Positions 37,783-48,737 of a DNA stretch of 61,212 nt are shown one piece after another. Below the pieces are notes generated by a model, which saw nothing but the letters and a program-made list of their open reading frames with translations, had not been told where the DNA came from and did not search any database. The stretch is from NCBI GenBank assembly GCA_947627505.1, contig CANQWG010000004.1:1-61212 (forward strand), written 5' to 3'. The position numbers and the translations under genes are program-made. Each line of letters opens with the position of its first letter. Positions within the stretch are counted from its first letter, which is position 1. The stretch is from an uncultured Bacilli bacterium. GTDB lineage: Bacteria; Bacillota_I; Bacilli_A; RFN20; CAG-449.

Positions 37783-40182
37783 CTAGATGACGATGTTGAC
37801 GATTTTATTTTTAATGACGATGATGCGTCGGATCGTTTGGCCTTCAAGCCGCTTTTTAATCGCTTCGCGAGCAAGAGCCGTCTGTTTGATCGTTTCTTCA
37901 TCACTACCGCTACTAACTTGCATCACATCGCGAAGTTTTCCGTTGATTTGAATGGCAATTTCAATTTCGTCTTTAACTAACTTTGAAGGATCATAAGTCG
38001 GCCACGATTCAAAATCAATAATCGTCTGATGACCCAATAAAGAGTAGATCTCTTCACCGAGATGAGGCGCGATACAACTGAAAACCTTCACGAATCCTTC
38101 TAGATATGGACGATAAATCCTGTTTGCACGATAAACCTCATTGATGAAGATCATCATTTGACTAATCGCCGTATTGAATTGCAGTTTTTCATAATCATCA
38201 GTGACTTTTTTAATCGTGCTATGGTAGACATAGTCGAGTGTTCCGTCGTTTTCATCGGTAAATTTCATCAAGAAATTTTGATCGGTGAAAATTCGATAGA
38301 CTCTTTCAAGAAAACGTCGCGCTCCGTCTAATCCATTATTTGACCACGGAAGCGAAGCCTCAAGCGGTCCCATAAACATCTCATAAAGACGCAACGTGTC
38401 AGCCCCATATTGTTCAACGATTTCGTTTGGATTGATGACGTTACCCCGTGATTTAGACATCTTCTCGCCGTTTTCACCGAGAATCATCCCTTGATGGAAC
38501 AATTTCTTAAATGGTTCCTCACACGGAACAACCCCGATATCATAGAGAAATTTATGATAAAAACGGGCGTACAATAAGTGTAAAACGGCATGTTCGGCAC
38601 CACCGACATACAAATCGACCGGCAACCAATGCTTTAAAAGTTTTTCGTCCGCGAGAGCCTTATCGTTATGTGGGTCGATGTAACGGAGATAATACCAACA
38701 AGATCCAGCCCACTGTGGCATGGTGTTAGTTTCCCTTCGCCCTTTTTGACCATCGATAGTGACATTTAACCACTCGGTAGCATTAGCTAACGGCGATTCG
38801 CCGTTAGAAGAAGGTTTAAAGTTTTCAATTCGCGGCAAAAGCAAGGGAAGTTCGTCGCTAGGAACGGCCTTTAAACTTCCGTCTTCCATATGAATTATCG
38901 GAATCGGTTCGCCCCAATAACGTTGTCTTGAAAAAAGCCAATCCCGTAGCTTATAGTTGATTTTGCGTCTTCCGACTTTCAGTTCTTCTAGACGCTTGGT
39001 GATCGCTTCTTTAGCTTCTTTAATCATGAGACCATCGGCAAAAGACGAATTGCAATGGCGGCTATCGCCTTCAAAAGCTTCAGAAGTGATATCCCCTTCA
39101 AGCACCTGTATAAATGGTAAATGATATTTTTTAGCGAAAGCGTAGTCGCGTGAATCATGCGCGGGAACCGCCATCACCGCTCCGCTTCCGTAACTTGCAA
39201 GCACGTAATCGGCAATGTAGATCGGAACTTTTTTACCATTGATCGGATTAATGCAATAAGCGCCGGTAAAGACTCCAGTTTTATCTTTGTTGAGTTCCGT
39301 TCTTTCTAAATCGGATTTCGACTCGATCGCTTTTAGATACTCTTGTATCGCTTGTTGTTGTTCTGGAGTAACAATTTTAGAAACAAGGGGATGTTCAGGT
39401 GCTAACACGCAGTACGTGCAACCGAATAAGGTATCAACGCGGGTGGTGAAAACCACAAAAGAATAGTCGCTGTCGACTACTTTAAAGTCGATTTCAACCC
39501 CTTCCGATTTTCCAATCCAGTTGCGTTGCATCTCAATCGTCGAAGACGGCCAATCGATTTTATCAAGACCGCTCAACAATTTTTCAGCGTATTTTGTAAT
39601 CAAAAGAACCCATTGTTTCATCGGTTTTCGAATCACCGGGTAACCACCGCGTTCAGAACGGCCGTCGATCACCTCTTCATTGGCTAAGACCGTTCCAAGT
39701 TCCGGGCAATAATTGACCGGGATCTCTTTGATTTCGGCTAAACCATGTTTGTAAAGTTCAAGGAAAATCCATTGTGTCCACTTATAATATTCCGGATCGC
39801 AAGTGGCGATTTCCTTACTCCAATCGTACGAAAAGCCTAACATTTTGATTTGCATTCTGAAGTTATCGATATTCTTTTTGGTAAAACTTTCAGGATGATT
39901 ACCGGTCTTTAAAGCATATTGTTCCGCCGGTAAACCAAACGCATCCCAACCCATCGGGTGCAAAACGTTGTAACCTTGCATCCTTTTCATGCGACAGATA
40001 ACGTCAGTCGCGGTATAACCTTCAGGATGTCCGACATGTAATCCGGCACCGGAAGGATACGGAAACATATCCAAAGCGTAAAATTTGGGTTTCGACATAT
40101 CGTGAACGTCACAATAATAAGTTTTGTTTTTCTCCCAATAATCTTGCCATTTCTTTTCAATTTTGATGTGATCGTAAGCCAT
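37783..40182 (-). CDS. leuS: Leucine--tRNA ligase
   Basis: 799 aa. HVGHPEGY (HIGH), KMSKS and a CP1 editing domain. It is preceded by a Leu T-box. Confidence 0.95.
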   Translation of the reverse strand: MAYDHIKIEKKWQDYWEKNKTYYCDVHDMSKPKFYALDMFPYPSGAGLHVGHPEGYTATDVICRMKRMQGYNVLHPMGWDAFGLPAEQYALKTGNHPESFTKKNIDNFRMQIKMLGFSYDWSKEIATCDPEYYKWTQWIFLELYKHGLAEIKEIPVNYCPELGTVLANEEVIDGRSERGGYPVIRKPMKQWVLLITKYAEKLLSGLDKIDWPSSTIEMQRNWIGKSEGVEIDFKVVDSDYSFVVFTTRVDTLFGCTYCVLAPEHPLVSKIVTPEQQQAIQEYLKAIESKSDLERTELNKDKTGVFTGAYCINPINGKKVPIYIADYVLASYGSGAVMAVPAHDSRDYAFAKKYHLPFIQVLEGDITSEAFEGDSRHCNSSFADGLMIKEAKEAITKRLEELKVGRRKINYKLRDWLFSRQRYWGEPIPIIHMEDGSLKAVPSDELPLLLPRIENFKPSSNGESPLANATEWLNVTIDGQKGRRETNTMPQWAGSCWYYLRYIDPHNDKALADEKLLKHWLPVDLYVGGAEHAVLHLLYARFYHKFLYDIGVVPCEEPFKKLFHQGMILGENGEKMSKSRGNVINPNEIVEQYGADTLRLYEMFMGPLEASLPWSNNGLDGARRFLERVYRIFTDQNFLMKFTDENDGTLDYVYHSTIKKVTDDYEKLQFNTAISQMMIFINEVYRANRIYRPYLEGFVKVFSCIAPHLGEEIYSLLGHQTIIDFESWPTYDPSKLVKDEIEIAIQINGKLRDVMQVSSGSDEETIKQTALAREAIKKRLEGQTIRRIIVIKNKIVNIVI

Positions 40183-40195
40183 GTATCATCGCCTC

Positions 40196-40395
40196 CAAAA
40201 AATAAAAAAGGTAGTCCTAAGGACGCTTATGCGCGGTACCACCTTAGTTCGAATCATTTTGATTCGCCCTCTTAGTTTGCCTTAATGCGGCATACAAGCA
40301 ATGTGATGGAGTGAGTTCATCGTTTTCTTCTTAATGGTTTGCACCATCCACCATCTCTCTTCAAAGAAAAAAAGACGATTACTATTTCCTTGCTA
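40196..40395 (-). promoter_or_regulatory. T-box riboswitch leader (Leu specifier)
   Basis: The minus strand has AGAGAG and GGTGCAA stem-I elements, and a specifier-loop candidate GAA-CUC-A (CUC is the complement of 40313-40315). The T-box sequence AAGGTGGTACCGCG (complement of 40232-40245) is followed by a GTCC-TTA-GGAC hairpin and a U-run just before the leuS RBS. Confidence 0.85.
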
Positions 40396-40400
40396 TTAGA

Positions 40401-40430
40401 ATTATAGTAAATTCGTCTTTTTAAAGTCAA
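40401..40430 (-). promoter_or_regulatory. Sigma-A promoter of the leuS leader
   Basis: The reverse complement reads TTGACT, an 18-nt spacer, then TATAAT. Confidence 0.6.
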
Positions 40431-40433
40431 TCT

Positions 40434-41606
40434 TTAATACTCGATTGTCACATTTCGTAAACGATATTGCACTTCCTTAATAATATCTCCGGTTTTTTCG
40501 CGATATGTTAAAGATAAACGAACGTGATGGTCACTGTCATAAGGAATTACGAAAATTCCGAATTTATCTAGCAATAGCGTAGCAAATTCCGTGGCGTTTT
40601 TAATTGATTTGCCATTGAAATTTTTTGGAATTTTGACGTAAATGTAAAAAGTTGCTTCGCTATCGAGATAGATAAAGCCTAGTTGTTTTAAAAGTGACGT
40701 AAGCATTTTTCTTCGATACGCATAATAGCTTTGATTGTCACGCAGAAACGCTAGATCTTCAAGCGCTTCTTTTCCGGCGAGCAACAGTGGTAAAAATGTT
40801 CCAGAATCGACTTGTTCTTTAAGACTTCGATATGCTTGTATTAAACTCGCATTTCCAAGAATAAAACCTAGACGCACACCTGTCATATTATGACTTTTCG
40901 ATAAAGTAAATAATTCAATAGCGTAATTATCAAAAGAAATGCATTCAAATAGCGACGGAATTTTCGCATTCGTAACGTCAAGATAGGCCGCATCATTAAT
41001 CAAAACAATGTCATATTTTTTACAAATTTGCCCGATTTTTTGATATTCAAAACTATCGAGTGCTCTTGAACTAGGATTATTAGGATAATTGATAAGAATA
41101 ATCTTCGCGCGTTTTAAGATCTCTTTTTCGATATCGTCGATTTTAAAGCGATAATCGTTACTTTCGTTGAGCACATATGAATAAACTTCGCCTCCGCGCC
41201 TTTTGACGGCATTTTCAAAAACGTTATATCCGGGAGTGGTCACGATTACCATATCCCCTTCGCTTACAAAAAGTTCGCTTAATAACACTAACGCACTTTT
41301 AGTGCCTAAACTCGGGGCGAGATTCTCACTTTTAACATCAAGATTATGCGTTTCCTTTAAATAATGCTTTGCCGCTTCTAAAAAGCCATAATCATCGTTA
41401 TCGGTGTAATGATATAGGGATTGATTAGCGACGCTTTCTTGAAGAATCGAAATACTTTTTGAAGGAATACGATGATTCGATTCGCCGATTCCAAAGTCAA
41501 GTAACGAGAGATTGCCGCGATACTCTTTTTTTAACTGCATATATTCCGTAAAACGATTTTTAATCGTTGCTTGATTTTTGTAAAGATATTTATTTAAATA
41601 GTTCAT
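40434..41606 (-). CDS. Class I/II PLP aminotransferase, probably LL-diaminopimelate aminotransferase-type
   Basis: 390 aa with the PLP-lysine motif SKSHNMTGVRLGF. It is last in an asd-dapF operon, which supports a DAP-pathway role by inference. Confidence 0.6.
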   Translation of the reverse strand: MNYLNKYLYKNQATIKNRFTEYMQLKKEYRGNLSLLDFGIGESNHRIPSKSISILQESVANQSLYHYTDNDDYGFLEAAKHYLKETHNLDVKSENLAPSLGTKSALVLLSELFVSEGDMVIVTTPGYNVFENAVKRRGGEVYSYVLNESNDYRFKIDDIEKEILKRAKIILINYPNNPSSRALDSFEYQKIGQICKKYDIVLINDAAYLDVTNAKIPSLFECISFDNYAIELFTLSKSHNMTGVRLGFILGNASLIQAYRSLKEQVDSGTFLPLLLAGKEALEDLAFLRDNQSYYAYRRKMLTSLLKQLGFIYLDSEATFYIYVKIPKNFNGKSIKNATEFATLLLDKFGIFVIPYDSDHHVRLSLTYREKTGDIIKEVQYRLRNVTIEY

Positions 41607-42300
41607 CGTTTAGCGCTCCTTGATAGATAAATTGAACCGCACCGCCTAAATAAATTAATCCGTCACTTTCATAAAGCGTTAGATCTCCGTAAGGATTTTT
41701 AATGGTCACCTGATCATCGATTAAATCGCGATTGCGTAAAAAGAAATATGCCGCGACTGAAGCACTTCCACAACTTTTTGTAAGTCCCACGCCCCGTTCA
41801 TTGGTTACGATATCGAAATGATGGCGGTCGACGACTTTAATGAGACTATGATTGTATATTTCATCGTGTTTAAGATCCGCTAAATCCAAATCCTCACTAA
41901 TTTTTAAACGATGAAGATTGCCATTATTCACGATGCCACTAACATTATCGCTTTCAACGATTTCCGGTTTCTTAAATGAAACAAAATATTTATCGTCTTT
42001 TTTCAATAATTTGTGTGTACCGTCAAGGGCTTTAATCGTCGTTTCATTTTGCGAATATAAAAGTATTTTAGCGGCAATTCTTAACCCGTTTCCGCAGGTG
42101 AGTGCTTCGCTACCATCATGATTGAAAATGCGGAAAAGATACGTGTTTCCGACTTTTAAAATATAGATAATACCATCACCGCCGATGATCTCTTTTTGAC
42201 ATAGATAAGCAATCGCGTTACGATTTCCGTATATTTCATTCAATTTATTGAAGACGATAAAATGATTGAACGAAGCTTGATATTTATAAAATGGTATCAT
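41590..42300 (-). CDS. dapF: Diaminopimelate epimerase
   Basis: FNHDGSEALTCGNGLR and TKSCGSASVAA supply the two catalytic Cys motifs. At 236 aa it is short. Confidence 0.75.
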   Translation of the reverse strand: MIPFYKYQASFNHFIVFNKLNEIYGNRNAIAYLCQKEIIGGDGIIYILKVGNTYLFRIFNHDGSEALTCGNGLRIAAKILLYSQNETTIKALDGTHKLLKKDDKYFVSFKKPEIVESDNVSGIVNNGNLHRLKISEDLDLADLKHDEIYNHSLIKVVDRHHFDIVTNERGVGLTKSCGSASVAAYFFLRNRDLIDDQVTIKNPYGDLTLYESDGLIYLGGAVQFIYQGALNDELFK

Positions 42301-43298
42301 TTGATGTTTTCACCTTGCACCAATAAATCGAAGAGGTATAGCGCATTGGAAGCCGCACCGACTAATAGATTATCGCTACTAACGAAGAAGGTTAAAGCAT
42401 ATGGACAATCTAAATCGCGACGAAATCTCGAAACGAAGACATCTTCACTACCTGTCGCATCTAAGGGACAACAATATTCCTCTTGATATTTGATCCCTTC
42501 GCTATTTTTTAACGTTTCCAAAGCTTTAGTTACATCGACTTCGCGTTCAAAAGTGACGTGGATGACGGACGAATGTCCGTTAGTGAGCGGAACTCTAACG
42601 GCCGTGATCGACGATTCAAGTTCTGGATCGTGAAAGATCTTTTTCAATTCATGACGAATTTTATATTCTTCACTGGTGTAACCGTCATTTTCTAGGGTTC
42701 CGATTAATGGCAAAATGTTATTGAATAGAGGGCGTTTTTTAACACAATCATCTAAGAAAAAACCACTAATAAAATCAGGCGATGCTTGCTCTTTTAAAAA
42801 GCCATCTAGCGCTTTTTTCCCCATGCCCGAGGCCGCTTGATAAGTCGCAACGATCACTTTTTCCATTTTAAAAAGATCATGTAAAGGTTTTAAAACTCTA
42901 GCGACCATAATCGTGACACAGTTTGGATTGCAATATAGTTCCCCTTTTTCAAAGCGATCTTCGTCATTGACGTGCATCGCGATCAATTTGCTTTCTTGAT
43001 TTAAACGAAAGATCGAGGAATTGTCGATCACCGTGGCCCCTAATTCCATAAAACGCGCGGCATATTTAAGGCTTATGAGATCGCCTCCTGAAAAAAACGC
43101 AAAATCGTGAGAGGCGATATTTTCAAACTTCATCTCTTTAACTTGATATTCATCGCTTTTTAAACTCTCGACACCATCTTTAGAAGCGTAAATGGTGATT
43201 CTTTCAATAACGGAACTCCGTTTTTTCAATAATTTTAAAATGTGCTGTAACACTAAACTGCGACCACCGACTAACGCCACATCATATTTCTTGCTCAT
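42297..43298 (-). CDS. asd: Aspartate-semialdehyde dehydrogenase
   Basis: 333 aa. It has an N-terminal Rossmann fold (VALVGG), NPNCVTI (active-site Cys) and a C-terminal dimerisation domain. Confidence 0.8.
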   Translation of the reverse strand: MSKKYDVALVGGRSLVLQHILKLLKKRSSVIERITIYASKDGVESLKSDEYQVKEMKFENIASHDFAFFSGGDLISLKYAARFMELGATVIDNSSIFRLNQESKLIAMHVNDEDRFEKGELYCNPNCVTIMVARVLKPLHDLFKMEKVIVATYQAASGMGKKALDGFLKEQASPDFISGFFLDDCVKKRPLFNNILPLIGTLENDGYTSEEYKIRHELKKIFHDPELESSITAVRVPLTNGHSSVIHVTFEREVDVTKALETLKNSEGIKYQEEYCCPLDATGSEDVFVSRFRRDLDCPYALTFFVSSDNLLVGAASNALYLFDLLVQGENIK

Positions 43299-43388
43299 AT
43301 TTATACCTCATCTAAAAAGTATTCAAAATCTGCTTTTTATATGATTAGCACATGAGATAACTTCGGCATAAGATAGTTTGGAGGAACC

Positions 43389-44012
43389 ATGAAACGAATT
43401 CTTTGCTGTCCGCGAATCGAACAAAATAAAATATTCTGCAATGCTCGCTATATTGAGTTTTTCAAAGAATGTCAATGTATCTTGATGATGCCCTTGATGA
43501 GCAAAACTAGCGAACTTAAAAAGGTGCTTAATGAATACGACGCTTTGTTATTGCCTGGAGGCGGCGATTTGGACCCGTCGCTATATGGTGTAGATGATCA
43601 AAATATCGTTTTTGATCGAAATCTTGATGACTATGAAATGCGTCTTATCGATCTTTTTCTTGAAATGCAAAAACCGATTATTGGAATTTGTCGTGGAATA
43701 CAAACCTTAAATGTTTACTTTAATGGCACTTTGAAAGGTCATATCGAAGGACATTTAAATACCTACCATCGGGTCATAAGTTTAGATCCCTCATTAAATT
43801 TTTTAAATAATCAAAAAATAAATTCCTATCATCATCAAAGCATAAAAAAAATTGCTCCGAATCTGATCTCCACTCTCATCAGTGACGATCACGAAATCGA
43901 AGCAATCAAGCATCGCTATTTAAAAGTTTATGGTTTCCAGTTTCATCCCGAGATGTTAGAAGGAAAATTGCGTCTTAAATTTATCAAATATCTTCGCTCA
44001 CTAGTTGACTAA
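43389..44012 (+). CDS. Class I glutamine amidotransferase / gamma-glutamyl hydrolase family (peptidase C26)
   Basis: GICRGIQTLNV (nucleophile Cys) and FQFHPE (His-Glu). Confidence 0.75.
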   Translation: MKRILCCPRIEQNKIFCNARYIEFFKECQCILMMPLMSKTSELKKVLNEYDALLLPGGGDLDPSLYGVDDQNIVFDRNLDDYEMRLIDLFLEMQKPIIGICRGIQTLNVYFNGTLKGHIEGHLNTYHRVISLDPSLNFLNNQKINSYHHQSIKKIAPNLISTLISDDHEIEAIKHRYLKVYGFQFHPEMLEGKLRLKFIKYLRSLVD

Positions 44013-45428
44013 CAGACGATAAAGTTCAAGATATTTATTCGCGGAGATTTTCCAATCAAAGCGCGCTTTTAAGGCATTTTTAGAAAGTTTTTTAAATAAA
44101 GTTTTATTTTTATAAAGATTGAAAGCCATGCCTATCGCCGATTCAAATGCCGATAATGAATAATGATAGATATAAAGTCCGTTGGCCGTATTGGGATTTA
44201 GCCCGGTGTAACCGATGACGGTATCTGCCAAACCGCCGACAGGACGAACAATCGGTAAGGCTCCGTAGCGCAAGGCGATGAGCTGTCCAATACCGCAGGG
44301 TTCAAATAACGAAGGCATCAAGAAAAAGTCACTCGCGGCATAGATAAGATGGGCTTCGTCTTCATCAAAACCGATGTGGACGTAGAGGTGTTCTGGATGT
44401 TCGTGATAAAGGAACGACAATTGATTTTCCAAATTGTATTCCCCAGTTCCAAGGACGATGACGTTGGCTCCGGTTTTAACGAGGGTCGGAATCACATCGT
44501 TGACCAATTCGATGCCTTTTTGAAAGGTCAAACGCGTGACGATTGCAAATAACGGCCTTTCTTCATCTTTTAACCCGAATTTTTTGATTATTTCCGCTTT
44601 GGCGCGTTTTTTGCCAAGCGCAAAATCGCCAAGCCCGTAATTTAAGGGCAAGAGGTGATCGCTTTTAGGATTGTAATATTTATAATCGATGCCGTTTAAA
44701 ATACCGACGATATCTTTTTCGCGCATTTTAAGAATCGGTTGCAACCCATAATCGTATTTGCCATTCAAGATTTCTTTCGCGTAATTTAAAGAGACGGTCG
44801 TGATTTTATCGCACGTTACTAACGCCGCTTTCATGAAGTTTACTTCCCCATTGAAACGAACAACGCCGCTATCGAAATAATAATCGTCGAGATTTAAATA
44901 ATCTCCGAGTTTCTCTTTGGCACAAATTCCTTGATAAGCGATATTGTGAATGGTGAAAACGTATTTGAATTTCTTTTTTCGCACTTCATAATCGCGCATC
45001 ACTAAAGGCAACATTCCCCCGTGCCAATCGTGAATGTGAATGATATCAAAATGAAGGTTCTTATTGATGATCAAACCCTTGATTGCCATCGTAAAAAACG
45101 AGAAACGTTCGATATCGTCATCGTAACCATATAGCTTATCGCGCATAAAATACGACTCTTGATCGATAAATAGGTACGTGATTCGTTTGTACTCTAAGCG
45201 ATAAACGTCGCATCTTTTCTTGCGCCATGACATTTGAACTTCAAAAGAAGCGAAAAGTTCTAACGCCTCAAACGAGATGTGTCTTAAAACTTCTTGATAA
45301 AGCGGAATAACGATCGTCACTTTTTGACGTCGTTCCACCAATTTGGAACTCAGTGAAAATAAAACATCGGCCAAGCCACCGCTTTTGGCAAATGGAAAGG
45401 CCTCGGAGGCCACCATTAAAACTTTCAT
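44001..45428 (-). CDS. glgA: Glycogen synthase
   Basis: MKVLMVASEAFPFAKSGGLADV, HDWH, and PSLFEPCGIGQL. Confidence 0.9.
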   Translation of the reverse strand: MKVLMVASEAFPFAKSGGLADVLFSLSSKLVERRQKVTIVIPLYQEVLRHISFEALELFASFEVQMSWRKKRCDVYRLEYKRITYLFIDQESYFMRDKLYGYDDDIERFSFFTMAIKGLIINKNLHFDIIHIHDWHGGMLPLVMRDYEVRKKKFKYVFTIHNIAYQGICAKEKLGDYLNLDDYYFDSGVVRFNGEVNFMKAALVTCDKITTVSLNYAKEILNGKYDYGLQPILKMREKDIVGILNGIDYKYYNPKSDHLLPLNYGLGDFALGKKRAKAEIIKKFGLKDEERPLFAIVTRLTFQKGIELVNDVIPTLVKTGANVIVLGTGEYNLENQLSFLYHEHPEHLYVHIGFDEDEAHLIYAASDFFLMPSLFEPCGIGQLIALRYGALPIVRPVGGLADTVIGYTGLNPNTANGLYIYHYSLSAFESAIGMAFNLYKNKTLFKKLSKNALKARFDWKISANKYLELYRLLVN

Positions 45429-46540
45429 TAAATTTTGTCTCCTTCTTTGATATATAACGGAATCTTTGCGTCTCCTTCCAATTTTCGCACATTTTCAATC
45501 GTCGCTTTTTTATCAATCACACAGTTTTCGATGATGGTACCGCTTTTGATCGTCGCTTCTGAAAAAACGATGCAGTTACGAACGTTGGCTCCCTTTTCGA
45601 TTTTGCAAGAACGAGAAATAATGCTAGAAGTCACTTTTCCTTCGATGATCGAACCATTAGCGATATAGGAATCGCGTACTTTAGCACTCGCAGTATAATG
45701 AACCGGAGGCGAATCGTAGGTACGGGTAAAAATCGGCCAATCTTCATCTAATAGACCTAAATTATCCTTTTTAAGAAATTCAAGCGAATATTTAAAATAG
45801 TGCTCTAACGAGTTGAAATTTCGTAAATATCCTTCGTATTCGTAAGTGTCGATTTCGATTTCCGAGCAGGCGTAAGAAAGAATATCCCGCAAGGAAAAAA
45901 AGCCACTCGCCCGTTGCGCCCGATTGAATAATTCTTCCAAAAAGTCACGGGAGATGACGTATGTTTCAAGCGAAATGTGCATATTGGTGACATTTCCGAA
46001 ATTTTTTTGAATCATTTTGACGCGTCTATGATGGTCGAGTATCAAACAATCACAATCGATGAAATCGTTCTTTTCACTCGGCTTGATGGTTTTATAAACC
46101 ATCGTGATTTTGCTCTTATTCTTGATATGTTGATGAATCACTTTTGAAAAATCGAGACGATAGATCAAATGACACGGAGCAATCAATACGTAATCGGCAT
46201 CGGCTTGATCGATGACCCACCGATTTTCAATAATGTTGTTGATGTCGTGATTATAAAGTGAATCGGCACCGCCCTTTTCGTTATACATCAAAGATAACGA
46301 ACCGATTTTAGTGTTCGCATTCCACATTTTGCCAGAACCGATGTGCTTAATCAAAGAACGTGGTTTTTCTTTCACCAAAATACCGATGGTATCGATTTTG
46401 GAATTAGAAAAGTTCGATAACGGAAAATCGACGAACGCAAACCGTCCTAAAAAAGACGCACTCGCCAACGGACGTGTTTCAGTTATTCCGCGAAGTTGCG
46501 GCGAATCGTGTAAGTTTACTAGGCCTAAAAATCGTGGCAT
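45428..46540 (-). CDS. glgD: Glucose-1-phosphate adenylyltransferase regulatory subunit GlgD
   Basis: 370 aa and GlgC-like, but it lacks the GGxGxRL motif. It sits between glgC and glgA as in Firmicutes. Confidence 0.8.
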   Translation of the reverse strand: MPRFLGLVNLHDSPQLRGITETRPLASASFLGRFAFVDFPLSNFSNSKIDTIGILVKEKPRSLIKHIGSGKMWNANTKIGSLSLMYNEKGGADSLYNHDINNIIENRWVIDQADADYVLIAPCHLIYRLDFSKVIHQHIKNKSKITMVYKTIKPSEKNDFIDCDCLILDHHRRVKMIQKNFGNVTNMHISLETYVISRDFLEELFNRAQRASGFFSLRDILSYACSEIEIDTYEYEGYLRNFNSLEHYFKYSLEFLKKDNLGLLDEDWPIFTRTYDSPPVHYTASAKVRDSYIANGSIIEGKVTSSIISRSCKIEKGANVRNCIVFSEATIKSGTIIENCVIDKKATIENVRKLEGDAKIPLYIKEGDKI

Positions 46541-46548
46541 AATGATCC

Positions 46549-47664
46549 CTACTTTCCTATTAAAACGATCTTCTTATCGTCGGGGTTGATCTTCCGCTCT
46601 TTAATAACTTCAACACCACTTGCGATAATCGCCTTATGAATTATCGCGTCGCGACGAATGATAGCCCCAGGCATAATCACCGAATCGTAAATCTCCGCTC
46701 CCTCTTCGATAATCACATCGGTAAAGATCACGGAGTGAAAAACTTTTCCGTCACATTTGACTCCTTGATTAATGATTGAATCAGAAATCAAAGCGTGATG
46801 ACCGATGTATTGCGGCAAGGAACGGGTGTCTTCTGAAAGTATTTTAAAACTATCGTCAGCGTATAATCCTAAAGGATCGCCGTCGATTAAATCCATGTTG
46901 GCGCGCCATAACGACTCGATCGTTCCAACGTCACGCCAATATCCAACATATGGAAAAGCGTACACTTTTAACTTTTGTTCGAGAATATAAGGAATGATGT
47001 TTTTACCGAAATCGTAATTATTATTGCCGCCGACTTTATTGCTGATGAGGACTTTCTTTAATATATCGTAATTGAAAATGTAAATTCCCATTGACGCGGT
47101 AAGAGAATCGCTCGCGGTCGGCTTTTCGATAAAGGCAGTAATTAAACGATTTTCATCGAATTTTAAAATCCCAAAACGCGAGACATCTTTCTTTTCGACC
47201 GTGATAGAAGCGATAGTAACATCTGCTTTCTTTTCTCGATGAAATGCCAACATCTTGGCATAGTTCATCTTGTAAATCTGGTCACCTGAAAGAATAATTA
47301 CGTATTTGGGATTTATTTCATCGATAAATTCGAGATTTTGATAAATCGCATCCGCGGTGCCTTGGTACCAGCTGATACCGTCTTCATGTTGTCTAGGCGT
47401 CAACACGCCGGTTTTAGAACGGTTGCCGTCGATTCCCCAATGAGATCCGTTGCCAATATAATTGTTTAAAGAGATCGATTCGTATTGGGTTAACACCCAG
47501 ACGTTATTGATCCCGGAATGAGCGCAATTTGACATCGTAAAATCGATGATGCGGTACTTTCCGCCAAAAAAGACCGCTGATTTCGCCATCTTTTTGGTTA
47601 AAGACTCTAATCTAGTACCCTTGCCACCGGCAAGAATCATCGCTACGATTTCAGTTTGCATCAT
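46549..47664 (-). CDS. glgC: Glucose-1-phosphate adenylyltransferase
   Basis: ILAGGKGTRLESLT, FGGKYRIIDF, and left-handed beta-helix repeats at the C-terminus. Confidence 0.9.
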   Translation of the reverse strand: MMQTEIVAMILAGGKGTRLESLTKKMAKSAVFFGGKYRIIDFTMSNCAHSGINNVWVLTQYESISLNNYIGNGSHWGIDGNRSKTGVLTPRQHEDGISWYQGTADAIYQNLEFIDEINPKYVIILSGDQIYKMNYAKMLAFHREKKADVTIASITVEKKDVSRFGILKFDENRLITAFIEKPTASDSLTASMGIYIFNYDILKKVLISNKVGGNNNYDFGKNIIPYILEQKLKVYAFPYVGYWRDVGTIESLWRANMDLIDGDPLGLYADDSFKILSEDTRSLPQYIGHHALISDSIINQGVKCDGKVFHSVIFTDVIIEEGAEIYDSVIMPGAIIRRDAIIHKAIIASGVEVIKERKINPDDKKIVLIGK

Positions 47665-48621
47665 TTAGTGCTCTCCAATATTCCAATTTTTAATCGAATC
47701 GATCAACATGAATACTTGTTGATGCAGTTTTTTCAAACCTTCAACTTGAGTGTCAAGTTCATTAGGACGCGGTTTCCATTTCAACGGGCGCATCAATCTT
47801 AAGCGCCACCCATCTAACATAATCACCAAGCGATTGTCATAGTAAGTGACAATCCAGTTCGATTGCACGAATTTTCCAAAAGCGAATACCGAGCTTTCAA
47901 GTCCGTTACGCAACAACTTGTAAGTTTCGCGTTCCAAAGTTGAAAACACCGCGCAATTACGCAAGAATTGGGTACTTTCATGTCCAAAGTGAAGCACCGC
48001 TTTATCGCGATATTCTTGAATACCGGGCACACCGCATTTTCGGAGTTGTATGAAGCCATTGATCGCTTGATCTAGATATGTGGTAATCAACAATCCGTAA
48101 CCATTATTTTTACGAGTATAGCGAACTTGGGTCATTTCGATAACTGTGTCAGTTGAAGCGTCACTATAAGAACTGAGGTATTTAAATGAATTGTAACCTA
48201 ACATTTTAGCCTCTTCTTTTTCAAAATCGTTGACGGTCGGATTATTTTTTACAAAAAGATTCAAATCGTGAAGATGCGCTTCTTCAAATAAAATTTCGAG
48301 ATATCTTTTACGATATTTACGATCACTGGATCGATATTGCAAATGTCTTATAAGCCAAATCAAACCTAAAAAGACAAGTCCGACTCCAGCATAGATAAGT
48401 CCGTCATAAAGGCGTCTCTCTTTAAAGAAACGAAGATCGAGCGGTGTAGGAATAAAACTTGGCAACTCGCCAAAATTAACAAGTTGCAAAGTGTACAAAG
48501 CGAACACTACAAGAGCTCCTTCTAGTAACACAAATAAAAGAAGACTCACAAAATTTCGCCAAAATAATAATTTTCTGCGATAACGGACAACAGTACGTCC
48601 GGCAATTGAATAGTTTTTCAT
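47665..48621 (-). CDS. Membrane protein of unknown function abutting glgC
   Basis: Two N-terminal TM segments, then a ~200-aa soluble domain. Its stop abuts the glgC ATG. Confidence 0.5.
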   Translation of the reverse strand: MKNYSIAGRTVVRYRRKLLFWRNFVSLLLFVLLEGALVVFALYTLQLVNFGELPSFIPTPLDLRFFKERRLYDGLIYAGVGLVFLGLIWLIRHLQYRSSDRKYRKRYLEILFEEAHLHDLNLFVKNNPTVNDFEKEEAKMLGYNSFKYLSSYSDASTDTVIEMTQVRYTRKNNGYGLLITTYLDQAINGFIQLRKCGVPGIQEYRDKAVLHFGHESTQFLRNCAVFSTLERETYKLLRNGLESSVFAFGKFVQSNWIVTYYDNRLVIMLDGWRLRLMRPLKWKPRPNELDTQVEGLKKLHQQVFMLIDSIKNWNIGEH

Positions 48622-48737
48622 ATGCTTTACCTCTTTTTCTATTATAACATGATGATTGAAAAAAAATAGTCTCGAACATTAAATTTCGCGATTTTTTCAA
48701 GATAAAATGACTAAGTTTTTTTGTTAAAAGAAAAAAT

